Source: Octopus vulgaris (lineage: Eukaryota). From it: 64,000 nucleotides of DNA. The notes below the pieces were generated by a model that worked only from the letters and a program-made list of their open reading frames with translations, was not told where the DNA came from and searched no databases. Made by a program: the position numbers and the translations under genes. The stretch is from the NCBI GenBank assembly GCA_951406725.2, contig OX597840.1:23684001-23748000 (forward strand). The letters are read 5' to 3'. Shown in pieces: positions 1 to 13,005 of this stretch. Each line of letters begins with the position of its first letter. Positions within the stretch are counted from its first letter, which is position 1.

Positions 1-1339
1 GCTCCAGATTCTATCAAGAAGGCTATTAGACTTGTGCTGCCCTGTTCACAAGCTGCCATTAAGAAAGTTTTACTGTCAGAATCTATTTGGTTAACCTGAA
101 GAAAAGAAAGAGAAGATATATAAAATATATCAAAGGAGAGAGATTTTAGTTCAGTATTCCCTGGTAAAGCTCATGAAATTCTACTCTGTGTTATCACTGA
201 TGTCTGGCATAGTAGCACTTTTATTTAATGCTATAATGATGAAGGAGATTTAAGAAATGGTGAGAGAAGAACAGGATGTTTGAAATGAAGCATGGATCTT
301 CAGATGTCATATGTCTGGTGAAACAGCAACGTGGGATCTACTTGGAAAAGAATGAAAGCAAATCTACAAGAAAGGTGTAGAGCACAGGTAAATCAAGGTG
401 TAACAGGTAAACAGGTAAATAAAGACTGTTTAGTTCATGCATAAGCTCAAGGAAAAGATTGAAAATCTATTTATGTTAGTCACTGAATCTATTACAAAGT
501 AATTAGACATCTGTGACATCGGTGGAACGACACCAATCACAACTAAATATGAGCAACTATGGAAAAGTAGACACAAATAAAAAGAAACAATGGAGAAAAT
601 AAGAAATATTATGAAAGTAGGGATCAGAATTTTGAGCCTAAATGCGGCAGCAGTATCAGGGCTTACATTAGTTTGTAGCCATATAATATTTAAAAAGGTG
701 TGAGTGGTTCATACACAACTGTATTACAGCTGTACAAACAACACTATTGACTTCTCCTTGAGGAAAACACCTACCCTCACTAACTGGCAGACATTCACCC
801 ACCATTGAAATACAATATATGATGGTCATCAAAAAATAAAAGGATGTTTTTTCTGCATTTCACCATTTGTCAGCTGTCTTCCCTCCCAAATTAAAAGCCG
901 CATTTTCTGGTCTCTTACCTAGAGTATCTCTATAGATTTTACAGAATCATTCCACCCACCACTCCCTAACCATGATGGTTCTATACCAGTGCTTCTTAAA
1001 CGTTTCAATTATGGCCCTTTTTTATTTACTAAGAGTTTTTCAATGCCCCTTTTCTTGCTATGATTCAATATCTCTGATTTTTAATGTTCTCACAGGTCAG
1101 ATTAATTTACCTTTGGGTCCTAGTCTTGACATGGGTGACTACTTACCACAGCACCATCCCACAATAAGTGAACATTTGATGCATCACCACTTCACTTTAG
1201 TTTCTGATCCAAACTCAACTACACATTGAGTTTTATATATTTGTACCACCACAGCCGCCTTGGCTCCCTGGTCCATATAAAATTTTCCACAAACCCTACC
1301 CAAGGGTAGCACTACTCTCTTAGAGAAGCCCTGTTTTAT

Positions 1340-1786
1340 AATTCTTGCTGATAGTGTCCTATCTGCTGACTACCAGCCAGTCATTCTAACTTCCAATATT
1401 TCAATTATGAAGTAAAAAGTCATAAACAACCATCATCTTTGTCCCTTTGGGTATCTTTCTCTATTCAATGAGCCCCAGTACAGTTCCATAAAGCCGGTTC
1501 AAGCAGGGGTCTGATTCCTACATGACTCCCCAGTGTTTTGGTTATGTTTGACAACTTCTGCAAAAGAAATACTGTAGCTCTTGACGTCGGTAAAACCTTT
1601 AACTGTGTATGGCAAGAGAATTTCTTGACAAAGTCATCATTTATCTATTGGGTCCATCTGTCCCCCATCTCTTGGACTGAATATTTCCTGCCAGAATACT
1701 CCATTGCAGTGTGTGAGGATGGGTTTCTCTCTCACTCACATTCCATCAATTCTGGCATGCCTCATTGTCTGGTTGAATATTTATAA
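1340..1786 (+). mobile_element. Highly decayed LINE reverse-transcriptase fragment
   Basis: Remnant RT-like text 'VALDVGKTFNCVWQENFLTK' (cf. LDxxKAFDxVWH) and 'SHSINSGMP' (cf. SGVPQG). Boundaries approximate. Confidence 0.5.
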
Positions 1787-1938
1787 AAAGTGACAATGAT
1801 GAGGATTAGAGGAAAGAGGTAAAGAAAGAAATGAAATATTATGGACAAATATACCTGGTTATTTAGGAACATTTAATATTGTGTATAAAATAATAAACAA
1901 ACATTCAACATTGAAGAAGCAATATAAAGTAAACTTAC

Positions 1939-2024
1939 TTTATCAGGATTTTCTTTGATAAGTCGTTCAACATCTTCAAAGTCTCCATTCTGAATCTTGC
2001 TTATAATCTTATTTACATCCATGT
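1939..2024 (-). CDS. Ankyrin-region exon of a Mind-bomb (MIB2)-like gene (MDVNKIISKIQNGDFEDVERLIKENPDK)
   Basis: Minus strand: pyrimidine tract and AG (tttcttttttattcaaaag|acATG), 28 open codons from ATG 2022, then a phase-0 GTAAG donor (plus-strand cttac 1934-1938). The peptide resembles the first ankyrin repeat of MIB proteins. Confidence 0.6.
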
Positions 2025-2265
2025 CTTTTGAATAAAAAAGAAAGTAAGATAGTTTTTAAGAACTTATAAAATGAGGTAAAGAGCAATTTAAAGAAGACTG
2101 TGTTTCTCAAATCTCCCATGAAGTGACATAAATATTAAAAACTTCAGCTTATCTCAACAATTATTTATAGCTGAATGATCTTCTTGACACTAATAAACCT
2201 AACAACAGTCATTGTGTTGCATCTTTTGGTTTGCTACATTGCTCTACTTATCACAGTTTCATTGG

Positions 2266-2599
<334 letters not shown>

Positions 2600-2909
2600 A
2601 GCGTGTGTGTGTTTACATTTGTTGTCTCTGGCAATTTCTTAGCTTTCTGTGATTAGATTGTTATCATTTCTCCTGTTGACGAATAGACCATTGGAATAAG
2701 AGATCCCCTACTTGAGCAACAGGTAAGGACATGAAGGGGATCCAGAAATAAAAAAAAGGCAACAAATACATATTCATCTAACCCATGCTAGCATGGAAAA
2801 CAGACGTAAAAATGACTACCATACATGCATATGCAAACATATGTATATGCATTTGTATACATGTATGTGTGTGTGTGCGTGTGTGTTTGTGTGCGCATGT
2901 GTGTGTAAA

Positions 2910-3166
2910 GGCATGTGGCCTAGTGGTTTGGGTGTTGCACTCACAGTGGCTAGATTGTGGGTTCAATTCCCATACTGAGCAGTACCTTGTATTCTTGAGC
3001 AAAACACCTCATTTCACTTTGCTGCAGTCCACTCAGCTGTAAATGGATCACCCTCCAATAGACTTGTGTTGTGATTAGGGGGAACACTCACTGGCCTGCT
3101 TAAAAGATGAAATGATGCAAAGCACATTGTGACCAGAGATGTGTAACAGCATTTGATAGTCTGGTC
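2910..3166 (+). mobile_element. tRNA-derived SINE, family C (decayed)
   Basis: A box tggcctagtgg, B box ggttcaattccc, core 'ttcttgagcaaaacac'. Related copies at 9907-10180 (+) and ~53970-54303 (-); 3' piece at 5362-5470. Confidence 0.65.
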
Positions 3167-3169
3167 AAC

Positions 3170-4790
3170 ACACATGTCTATATACACGCATACCCGCACG
3201 TCTATATACGCACACACACATGCGCGCACAATAAACGGTTCATACACACGTCTATATACGCACATGTACAAGATAAAACACGGCTAAAGGCAAAATACAG
3301 GAAAATGTGTAAAAAAAATATGTAAAAAGACAATGAGTAAAACACGTCCTATATACGCACATGCTCGCATGCATGCACACGCACACATGTCTATACACGC
3401 CCGTATCCGCACACATGCACACATCCACACGCGCGCACAAAAGGTTCCATATACACGTCTATATACGCACAGGGAAAATGCAGGGTGGAAGGTAGAATAG
3501 AGAAAAAATATGTGTAAAAAATATATGAGCAATAAACCTATAAAACAATATCTCTATAAATATGTAAAAAATATATATAGATATATATATATATAAAAAA
3601 TATAAAGAAATATAAGTAAAAAGTATAGAGAGATAAAAAGCTTGTACATGGACATGCGTGCATGCGAGTATGTGTGTATATAGACGTGTTTTAGTCTTAG
3701 TCTTTTTTACACATTTTTTGCCCATTTTCCTGTATTTTGCCTTTAGCCGTTTTTTCTTGTACATGTGCGTATATAGATGTGTATATGAACCTTTTTGTGT
3801 GTGTGTGTGTGTGTGTGCGCATATATAGACATGCAGGTATGTGTGTATAGAGACATGTGTGTGTACGTGCATATGGGTATGCGTGTATATAGACGTGTTT
3901 TACTTTTATTACTTATTTTTTTATATGTATTTTGGATCTTTTCCTTTTGAACGGCACATGTCAACACAATATCACTTTTTCTTGGCTTTATTGAGAAAAT
4001 TCTATAGTTTGTAAGATATTTCCTCTTTAAAATCGAGCATTTCGGCAATTTTAACCAATTGATGGAGTCCATTTGGGGTAAAAACATTCCGTGCTGTATG
4101 AATATGTCCCTCCTTTAAGAAACAGATTGGGTTCATTTACATTTGCGAAGAAAAAAAGATACCCTACCTCGACCCCTAACCCTAACACTAACCCTAAACC
4201 TAACCATAACTCTAAACCTAACCCTAAAATAGATTGAAATGCAATAGATCGATACTAGGGTTATAATTATGGGTGACATTTTCATTTGACACCGCTAGAA
4301 AAAAATCCCATTTTCCGTAGCGGTGTCGTATGAAATTGTCACCCATAATTATAACCCTAGTATCGATCTATTGCATTTCAATCAGTTTTAGGGTTAGGGT
4401 TAGGGGTGGGGGGAAGTGTATCTTTTTTTCTTCACAAATGTAAATAAACCCAATCTGTTTCTTAAAGGAGGGACATATTCATACAGCACGGAATGTTTTC
4501 ACCCCAAATAGACTCCAGCGATTCGTTAAAATTGCCGAAATGCTCGATTTTAAAGAGGAAATATCTTACAAACAATAGAATTTTCTCAATAAAGCCAAGA
4601 AAAAATTATGTTTTATAAACACATTGTACCAGTATACGAAGTTTAAAAGTGTTTAATTAACTAGAAATTGTGTTGACATATGCCGTTCAAAAGGAAAAGA
4701 TCCTGTATTTTGCCTCTAGCCCTGTTTTTTCTTGTGCATGTGCATATATAGACATGTGTATGAACCTTTTTTTGTGCACATGTGTGTGTG
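3170..4790. repeat. Palindromic array of a ~180-200-bp unit (two forward and two reverse units), interrupted by a foldback element
   Basis: 'cacatgtacaagataaaacacggctaaaggcaaaatacaggaaaatg' (~3260-3308) recurs as its reverse complement at ~3723-3770 and again right after 4703. Confidence 0.6.
3934..4703. mobile_element. Non-autonomous foldback DNA transposon (MULE-like long TIRs) with 8-bp TSD
   Basis: Ends ggatcttttccttttgaacggca / tgccgttcaaaaggaaaagatcc. Arms are inverted almost to the centre (~4305). TSD tgtatttt at 3926-3933 and 4704-4711. A solo right arm of the same family ends at 60342. Confidence 0.9.
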
Positions 4791-4793
4791 TAT

Positions 4794-5020
4794 GCGGCGA
4801 GCTGGCGGAACCGTTAGCACGCAGGGCGAAATGCGTAGCCGTACTTCGTCTGCCGTTACGTTCTGAGTTCAAATTCTGTCGAGGTCGACTTTGCCTTTCA
4901 TCCTTTTGTGGTCGATAAATTAAATACCAGTTACGCACTGGAGTCGATGTAATCGACTTAATCCGTTTGTCTGTCCTTATTTGTCCCCTCTGTGTTTATC
5001 CCCTTGTGGGTAGTAAAGAA
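4794..5020 (+). mobile_element. SINE, family B
   Basis: 'gcggcgagctggcggaaccgttagc...gagttcaaattc...gaggtcgactttgcctttcatcc'. Second copy at 11470-11700; minus-strand fragments near 29450-29550 and 34220-34350. Confidence 0.75.
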
Positions 5021-5028
5021 GTATGTAT

Positions 5029-5332
5029 ATCATCATCATCATCGTTTAACGTCCGCTTTCCATGCTAGCATGCATTGGATGATTTTGGCTGAGGGCTGGC
5101 GAACCAGATGACCGCACCAGGCTCCAATCTTGACCTGGCAGAGTTTCTACAGCTGGATGCCCTTCCTAACGCCAACCACTCCGAGAGTGTAGTGGGTGCT
5201 TTTTATGTGCCACCAGCACGGGGGTCAGTCAGGCGGTACTGCCAATGACCTTGCTCAAATCTTTTTACACATGCCACTGGCACAGGTGCCAGTAAGGCGA
5301 TGCTGATAATGATCACGCTCGAATGGTGCCCT
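5029..5332 (-). mobile_element. 3' end of an RTE LINE (5'-truncated copy)
   Basis: Reverse complement of the RTE 3' UTR at ~16650-16958, including 'catgctagcatggaaagcggacgttaaacg' plus a (TGA)n tail. Confidence 0.8.
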
Positions 5333-5582
5333 TTTACATATATATATATATATATATATATTGGCCTGCTCGCTTAGCCAGCGGGGTGGCATCATTCGAA
5401 GGCTAAAACAATGCGAACGCATTGTGACCAGCGATGTGTAACAACATCTGATGGTCTGGTCGGTCACGTGATATATATATATATACGACAAGAAATAATT
5501 TCTGTCTCCTTTTTATGGAAACAAAGGGTTTATAGGACTGCAAAAAAAGAAGAGCTCAAATGTAACAGAGACAGAGATAAAG

Positions 5583-6375
5583 AAACATTGATCATAAAAT
5601 AAACATCAAATTCGAGTCAATGACTTTATATATAACACCGTATCTCCAAACATTTCATCATATATAAATATTACCATGGCTCTTAAACATACAGAGTATA
5701 CATATATAAAAAAAACATACAAAGTAAACATAAAAATCATCAAAGGTAAAAAATATATATGTGAATAAAAATGCAGGTGTATAGAACGGCCTATCAAGAA
5801 GATATATACAATCGACTAGGAATTCTAAAGCGTGTCATGCTACTAAAAATCCAAATAAAATAAAATATCGACTAAAAAAAAAATTTTCTTACTCCCCTAA
5901 AATGAAAGAGTACGTCAAAAAAGTTTGTTTCATAAAACCCATGGTAGGTTAGAGTCCAGGAGCAAAAAGAGTTCCACAAAATAAAGTGAAACACATCTAT
6001 GGCCATTTCAGGAGTTCATTGCCGCACTTCAATTACGAGTTAAAGCGCATCTTGGCAATGACCCCCCACATCATGAGGAACAGGAATCTCAACAAATTCT
6101 TTGTTTAGTCGATTGATATTTTATTTTAGTTTATTTGGATTTTTAGCAGCACGACACATTTTAGAATTTTTAGCCAATTGTATATACCTTCTTGATAGGC
6201 TGTTCTATATATCTGTGTTTTTATTCGCATATATATTTTTTACCTTCTGTGTATTTTATATATGTATAGTTTTTATGTTTAAGAGCCATGGTAATATTTA
6301 TATATGATGAAATGTTACGGTGTTATATATAAAGTCGCTGACTCGAATATGATATTTGTTCTATGATCAATATTT
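5583..6375. mobile_element. Foldback/MITE-like element, ~290-bp diverged inverted arms
   Basis: 5583-5880 is the reverse complement of ~6100-6375 (e.g. catttcatcatatataaatattaccatggctcttaaacat). No TSD seen. Confidence 0.7.
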
Positions 6376-6404
6376 ATATATATATAATGTATATACATAT
6401 ATAT

Positions 6405-7910
6405 GCTCAGGAAAAACCACTACAAATTTTCCTCCAGAGTTTTCTTGCAAATGGCAAGCTGCCAAGCAAACTTTAGAAGGGAATAATATGCCCAATCCAT
6501 GAAGGAGGAAGCAGAGCAGGTGCCATAACTTATAGGCCTATGTCTCTGACTTCACACACAAGCAAAGTCATTCCTGGAAGAAAGTGACTGCTGAGTGATA
6601 GCATGGTTTTCAACCAAGTAGGAGTTGCCTGACACAGCTCCTATAGCACAATGACTGGGTGCTGAAACAGTTACTTAACAACTCAAATGTGGACGTAATA
6701 TACTTTGCAAAAGCTTTTGATAAAGTTAATCATGATATGATATGCCACAAACTACGTGATCTTGGCAAAGCTGGAAAACTTGGAGAATGATTACATGACT
6801 TTCTGAAAGACAGAAGTCAGGTAGTGGTAGCCAGTGGTACCACCTCAACAGAACCACAAATAGTGAGTGGTGTTCCACAAGGCACTGTCTTAGGGCCACT
6901 GATTTTCATAGTGGCCCTCTCAGATATGCTCTCCGCTGCCCTGATACCCTTGCTAGCTACGGAGACGACACGAAATTTTTGCAGAAAATGCAAAACCGTA
7001 GTGATGTTACATGCCTGCAGCAGTAGCTGGATGCAATTTACAGATGATCTGAGGACAATAATATGCAGTTTAATGCTGGAAAATTTCAAGCCCTGCACTA
7101 CCAGCACCCAAATTTGAACAGAAAACATACAGGGTATACTGGCCTAGTGGGGAATTACAATCACGTGTGTGATCTGGGTATCAACATGTGTGATGATACC
7201 TCTTTCCAAGTGCACTTTAACAAGATGATGACAAAGTGCAGATGGCTGGATAGATGGATCCTGAGAACCTTCAGAGCCAGGGACAAAGAAACCATGATGG
7301 TCCACTGGAGGACATTTATCCTCAGCTGCCTGGACTACTGCTCCCAACAACGGTCACCCCACAGTGTAAAATTAACAGTGGACCTTGAAGCAATCCAGCG
7401 AAGCTACTAAAAGAAGATCATCTCATTGCAACAGCTCAACTACAGGGGAAGGCTGAAACAGGTAAGACTTTACTCCCTAGAGTGAAGGTGGGGAAGATAT
7501 GCAGTAATATACATCTGGAATATCCTGGAAGGGATTGTACCAAATTTTGGCTTTGAAAGCTACACAAACGCCAGAACGGGTCACCACTGCACAGAGCCAA
7601 ATATCCCAACACTGCTGTCACATTTCAGGACCAGTTATTACTGCAACAGCCTGGGTTTTAAATGTCCACAGCTTTTTAATATTCTCCCAAAAAGCATGAG
7701 GGACCTACACAAAGTGGATGTGTTTTCAAAAGAAAACTGGACCTCTCCCTGTTGAGAATCCTGGATGAACCTCCCTTCTGGCAGGAGGCACAAATAAGGG
7801 CAATGACATCAAACTCCCTTATTCACCAAATGCCACATATCAGAGGAAGTTCTCAATAATGACAGTGTGCCCCAGCATGGCCACAGCTTTAAGTAGTAAA
7901 AGATAAAATA
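6405..7910 (+). mobile_element. Decayed CR1-group LINE, RT to 3' end
   Basis: Remnants of 'YFAKAFDKV', 'SGVPQGTVLGPL', 'MQFNAGKFQ', 'LDYCSQ' with many stops and frameshifts. Same family as 55772-56782 and 61697-64000. Confidence 0.9.
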
Positions 7911-7957
7911 TTATATATATATATATGACAAGATTTAAGACGAGAAAATTTTTTCTT

Positions 7958-8479
7958 ATGCTGTTTACAATTTATCCTTTCAAAATGTAATTCAATTCAT
8001 TTAGTATGACGTAAGCTTTTCATAATTTTTTGAAAAACTAAGTGCATGTATGTATGTATGTTTTTGATCTGACCATTTATCTATACATTCTATCTTCTTT
8101 TATTATGTTCAATCAATATCAAGCCACTCCTTAACTGACCTAAATTTATGTAACCTTGAATGCTGTTTACAATTTATCCTTTCAAAATGTAATTCAATTC
8201 ATTTAGTATGACGTAAGCTTTTCATAATTTTTTGAAAAACTAAGTGCATGTATGTATGTATGTTTTTGATCTGACCATTTATCTATACATTCTATCTTCT
8301 TTTATTATGTTCAATCAATATCAAGCCACTCCTTAACTGACCTAAATTTATGTAACCTTGAATGCTGTTTACAATTTATCCTTTCAAAATGTAATTCAAT
8401 TCATTTAGTACGACGTAAGCTTTTCATAATTTTTTGAAAAACTAAGTGCATGTATGTATGTATGTTTTTAATCTGACCA
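7958..8479. repeat. Tandem repeat, 202-bp unit, ~2.6 near-identical copies
   Basis: atgctgtttacaatttatcctttcaaaatg starts at 7958, 8160 and 8362. Confidence 0.95.
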
Positions 8480-8984
8480 GAGTGAAATTCAAAACAAAGG
8501 TTTTTACTTCACTCATTAGGGAACTTTTATACACTGACAATTGCGATGTTGTCAGTCATTCTGAAACAGGTTTGCAATCTCTTTTGATTTGGCTTGTGAT
8601 GATTTTGGCTCGACCATTAACTTGAAAAAAAAAAACCGGTTGTAATGCATCAACCTGTGTGTGTGATGCTGTTTCTAACCCTACTAAAATTTTTGTTGAG
8701 AGTAAGTTATCGATCCATTCATCTACCTTGGAATCTCTGTTCAAAACGATGGAAATCTTGATACAGAAATACAGCTGTGAATTCAAAGGGCAGCAAAAGC
8801 ATTTGGTGGCTTGCAGTCATGTTTTTGGTGCCAGTGTCATATAAATAAGAATACAAAGCTGGCTCTTTCCAAATCATTTGTCTTATCATTTGGACTTGTT
8901 ATGAAAGGCATTTTAAATTGTTAGAAGAATTCCACCAAAAATGCCTTCGTCACATTTAAAAAATTAAATGGAGTTCTTTTACTT

Positions 8985-9695
8985 CAAACACAGATAACCT
9001 TGCATCTGCAGGCATCACGTCAATTAAAGCTATGATTTTGAGGAACCAAATGAGACAGTGTGGCCATATTGTTCGAATGGCAGATGAACGCATGCTGAAA
9101 CAGCTGTTTTATGGTGAGCTTGCAGAGGGGAAACACTATTGGCGTAATCCTAAAAAGGACAGCATAAGGACTACTATGAAGTCACTTGGAATGGATCCAG
9201 AAGACATAGAAACCCTTGCTTTGGATCGGGTTTGATGGCAAGCAGAAGTGTGGAGTGGAGTGAAAGCATTTGAAGAGGCCAGGATAACGCAAGTAAGACT
9301 CAAAGACATCTAATGTAACGATCGAGAAGGTGAATGACAATGACCTTTTTGTGTGCACAGTCTGTGACAAACCATGCCTGTCTTTTGCTGGTCTCAAATC
9401 TCATCTGCAAACCCATCGTAAAACGAACCTCCACCAACTCTTCTGCCTATTTGCCTGTGCACACCTTTCAATGCAATGTATGTCAGAAGGTTTGCAAATC
9501 TAATGGAGGCCTCAAAAGACATTTTAAGATCCACAAAGATCAGAACTTACCTGCAACTCTTGCTGGTTCAAATCGGATGTGCAATCTGTGTGGGTGTTTT
9601 TTCAGCAGATTGTCTGGTTTAAAAATCCACATCAGATGCCATGATGGTGCTAAGGTGTAGGTATGGGAGGTGGTCAAACTCTGCATAACCACCAT
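8985..9695 (+). mobile_element. 3' fragment of an RTE-clade LINE with three C-terminal C2H2 fingers
   Basis: RTE C-terminal text 'QMRQCGHIVRMADERMLKQLFYGEL', then CTVCDKPCLSFAGLKSHLQTH, CNVCQKVCKSNGGLKRHFKIH and CNLCGCFFSRLSGLKIHIRCH (frameshifted). Confidence 0.8.
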
Positions 9696-9867
9696 GTACT
9701 TATACACACGTGTGCACACACATACACACCTACGTATGGAGATTATATGAAGCCCATTTAAACCTTTTTTATTTCATAACAAATAAAAGCTTGACAACTT
9801 GTTAAAATTTTTATCATTGGTTTTATTGAGCAACACCTATATGGAAACATGATCATACACATACACA

Positions 9868-9899
<32 letters not shown>

Positions 9900-10394
9900 T
9901 TGTAAACATGTGTGGCCTAGTGATTACGTTATGGCGTTCCCGATCTTGTGTTCATGATTTCGAATCCCAGAGGGTGGTGCTTAGAGGTCCTCAGATGAAT
10001 ACCTCATTTCACATTGTTCCCGTCAACTGAGCTGTAAATAAATAACCCTGTGATCGACTGGTGCCCTGTTTCGGGAGAATATCATGATTTGTGTCGCTTA
10101 TACACCTTAGTCCTCAGAATAACGTGAAGAATTGCAGTGTGACCAGCAGGGCACAGCAATGGCTGATCATCTGGACACTACAGTAATTTATATATATATA
10201 TATATATATATGTTTGTGACTGTATAAAATAGATACAAGCGTGGCTGTGCAGTTAAGAGACTTGCTTTCCAATAAAGTGATTCTGAGCACGGCTCCCTGT
10301 GCCTTCCACTCTAGTCTCAGGACAACTAAAGCCTTCTGAATGGATTTTCTTGAGGCAAACTGAATGAATTCCATTCTTTGTATATATCTGCGTG

Positions 10395-10429
<35 letters not shown>

Positions 10430-10905
10430 TATATTTCAATGGGTTGACCACATCAAATTGAAAAGAAACATCCCCTCTCTCTCTCTCTCTCTTTGTATGT
10501 ATCTATTTATCTGTCTGTCTGTCTATCCTTTCCTCATCCTTTATCATTTGTTTTACCTTTTTCTTAATTGTCCTGAAAACTCTCTCTCTCTCTCTCTCTG
10601 TCTATTTCCCCCACCTCTTTGCTTTTCTTTCTATCTTTCCCTGTTTTTCCTCTTCTAAAAAAAGCAAACAAAAAAAAACAAAAAAAAAACAACATTCAAT
10701 TCATGTAAATGAACAACGAAACGTTCTGTTTTTACCATTTTGATTTTTGTCTTGACGATTTCAATGAACACTCGAAAGCGCTAATAAAATATTATCCAGA
10801 ATTCTGACCACCTCTATTTTCTCAATATACAATACCTGTACACCACTTCAAACACTCTTTAAACACACATGCACTCATACACAAACACGTGTGTGTGTGT
10901 GTGTT

Positions 10906-10945
<40 letters not shown>

Positions 10946-11694
10946 TAAACATGTATAAACCCTAATTTATATGACTGGGTTATAAACGATTCTGTATCGT
11001 GGCAGAGACGCGTATATGGAAGATCCTGAAGGGTCTAGCACCTAGTTTGGGAGTGAAATCTTCACCAAATCAACACACTTATTGCCAGTGCATAATAACA
11101 AAGAACTCAACTTCTTCATCTAGAATAAGGACCTAATACTATAACAAATTAGGGTTCAATGGTTGCACGACATTTCAATGTCTCATATATCTGTCGGTTG
11201 TAGAGGTGGATGACTTCAAACAATATTTAGAGAGTTTTTTCATCTGAAGCACCAGATGAAGCCACCGTGACAGCAAGAGATGCCAACAAGAGCAGCTTAG
11301 TCCAACTGCCTGTTTCACCAGAGAAAAATCCAGAGATACGGTTCCGGAGGTGTGTTTGAAATATACTAAAATCACTGATTCGCCAGTATGGCCACAACAC
11401 CTGGATAATGCCAGTATAAGACAGCGTATATATATATGTGTGTGTGTAATTATATATATATATATATGAAGGCGGCGAGCAGGCAGAAACGCTAGGACGC
11501 CAGGTGAAATGTCTAGCAGTATTCTGTCTGTCTGTTCTGAGTTCAAATTCCGCCGAGGTCGACTTTGCCTTTCATCCTTTCGGGGTCGATTAAATAAGTA
11601 CCAGTTACGTACTGAGTGTCGACAGAATCGACTTTATCCATTTGTCTGTCCTTGTTTGTCCCCTCTATGTTTAGCCCTCTTGGGGCAATAAAGA

Positions 11695-11753
<59 letters not shown>

Positions 11754-11892
11754 TATTAGATAGATAGATAGATAGATAGATACACAGACAGACAGATAGA
11801 TAGATAGATAGATAGAGAGATAGATAGATAGATTGTGTATACATTCTATATATACATATATATATATTGTGTGTATATATATATTATGTATG

Positions 11893-11938
<46 letters not shown>

Positions 11939-11996
11939 TATATATATATAGATAGATAGATATATATACATTCTATGCATGTATATATATATATAG

Positions 11997-12931
11997 GTCT
12001 ATAGGTATATGTATAAGCAGCAGGAGTTGGACTCCATTTACAGATTGGCTGAGCATAATAATATGCAGTTTAATGCCGAAAAAATTCCAAGCCCTGCGCC
12101 ACCAGCATCAAAACCTAACTTACAGGGTACACTGGTCCACAGGAAATTTCAGTCCCACAGCCTAAGTCAGTGAGGGACCTGGGTATAGACATGAGTGATG
12201 ATACCTCTTTCCAAGTGCAAATTACCAGGATGGCGACAAAGTGAAGACGACTGGCTGGATGGATCCTAAGAACATTCCGAACCAGAGATAAGGAAACCAT
12301 GATGGGCCACTAGCGGACATTTGTCCTCAGCCACCTGGATTACTGCTCACAGCTATGGTCACCCACCAGTGTGATATTAACAGCGAACCTTGAAGCAATC
12401 CAGAGAAGATTCACAAAGAAGTTCGTCTCTTTGTAACACCTCAGCTATTGGGAAAGGTTGAAACAGTTAAGACTCTACTCCATGGAGAGAAGACGGGAGA
12501 GGTATGCAGTAATATATAACTGGAAGATCCTGGCCAGAAGGCTGCACCAGGCTCCTATCTGATCAGGTAGGGTTTCTACCACTGGATGCCCTCCTAACAC
12601 CTACCACTCCAAGAGAGTAATGGGTGCTTTTATGTGCCACCAGCACGGAGGCCAGTCATGTGGTACTGCCAATAACCACACTCAAATGGTGTTTTTTACG
12701 TGCCACCTGAATAGGAGCCAGTACAGCGGCACTGGCAATGTTCATGCTCGGATGGTGCTTTTAGTATTCCACTGGCGTGGTAGCCAGTCAGGCGGTGCTA
12801 TCATCGGTCATCTCAACGAATTTGATTTCACTTGCCTCAACAGGTCCTCGCAAGTGAAGTTTAGTGTCCAATGAGAGACATGTACGGATATATACATATA
12901 CATACACACACACACATATATATATACATAC

Positions 12932-13005
<74 letters not shown>

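Noticed and set aside
7958-8479. CRISPR-like array
   Set aside because: Head-to-tail identical units with no unique spacers, in eukaryotic DNA.
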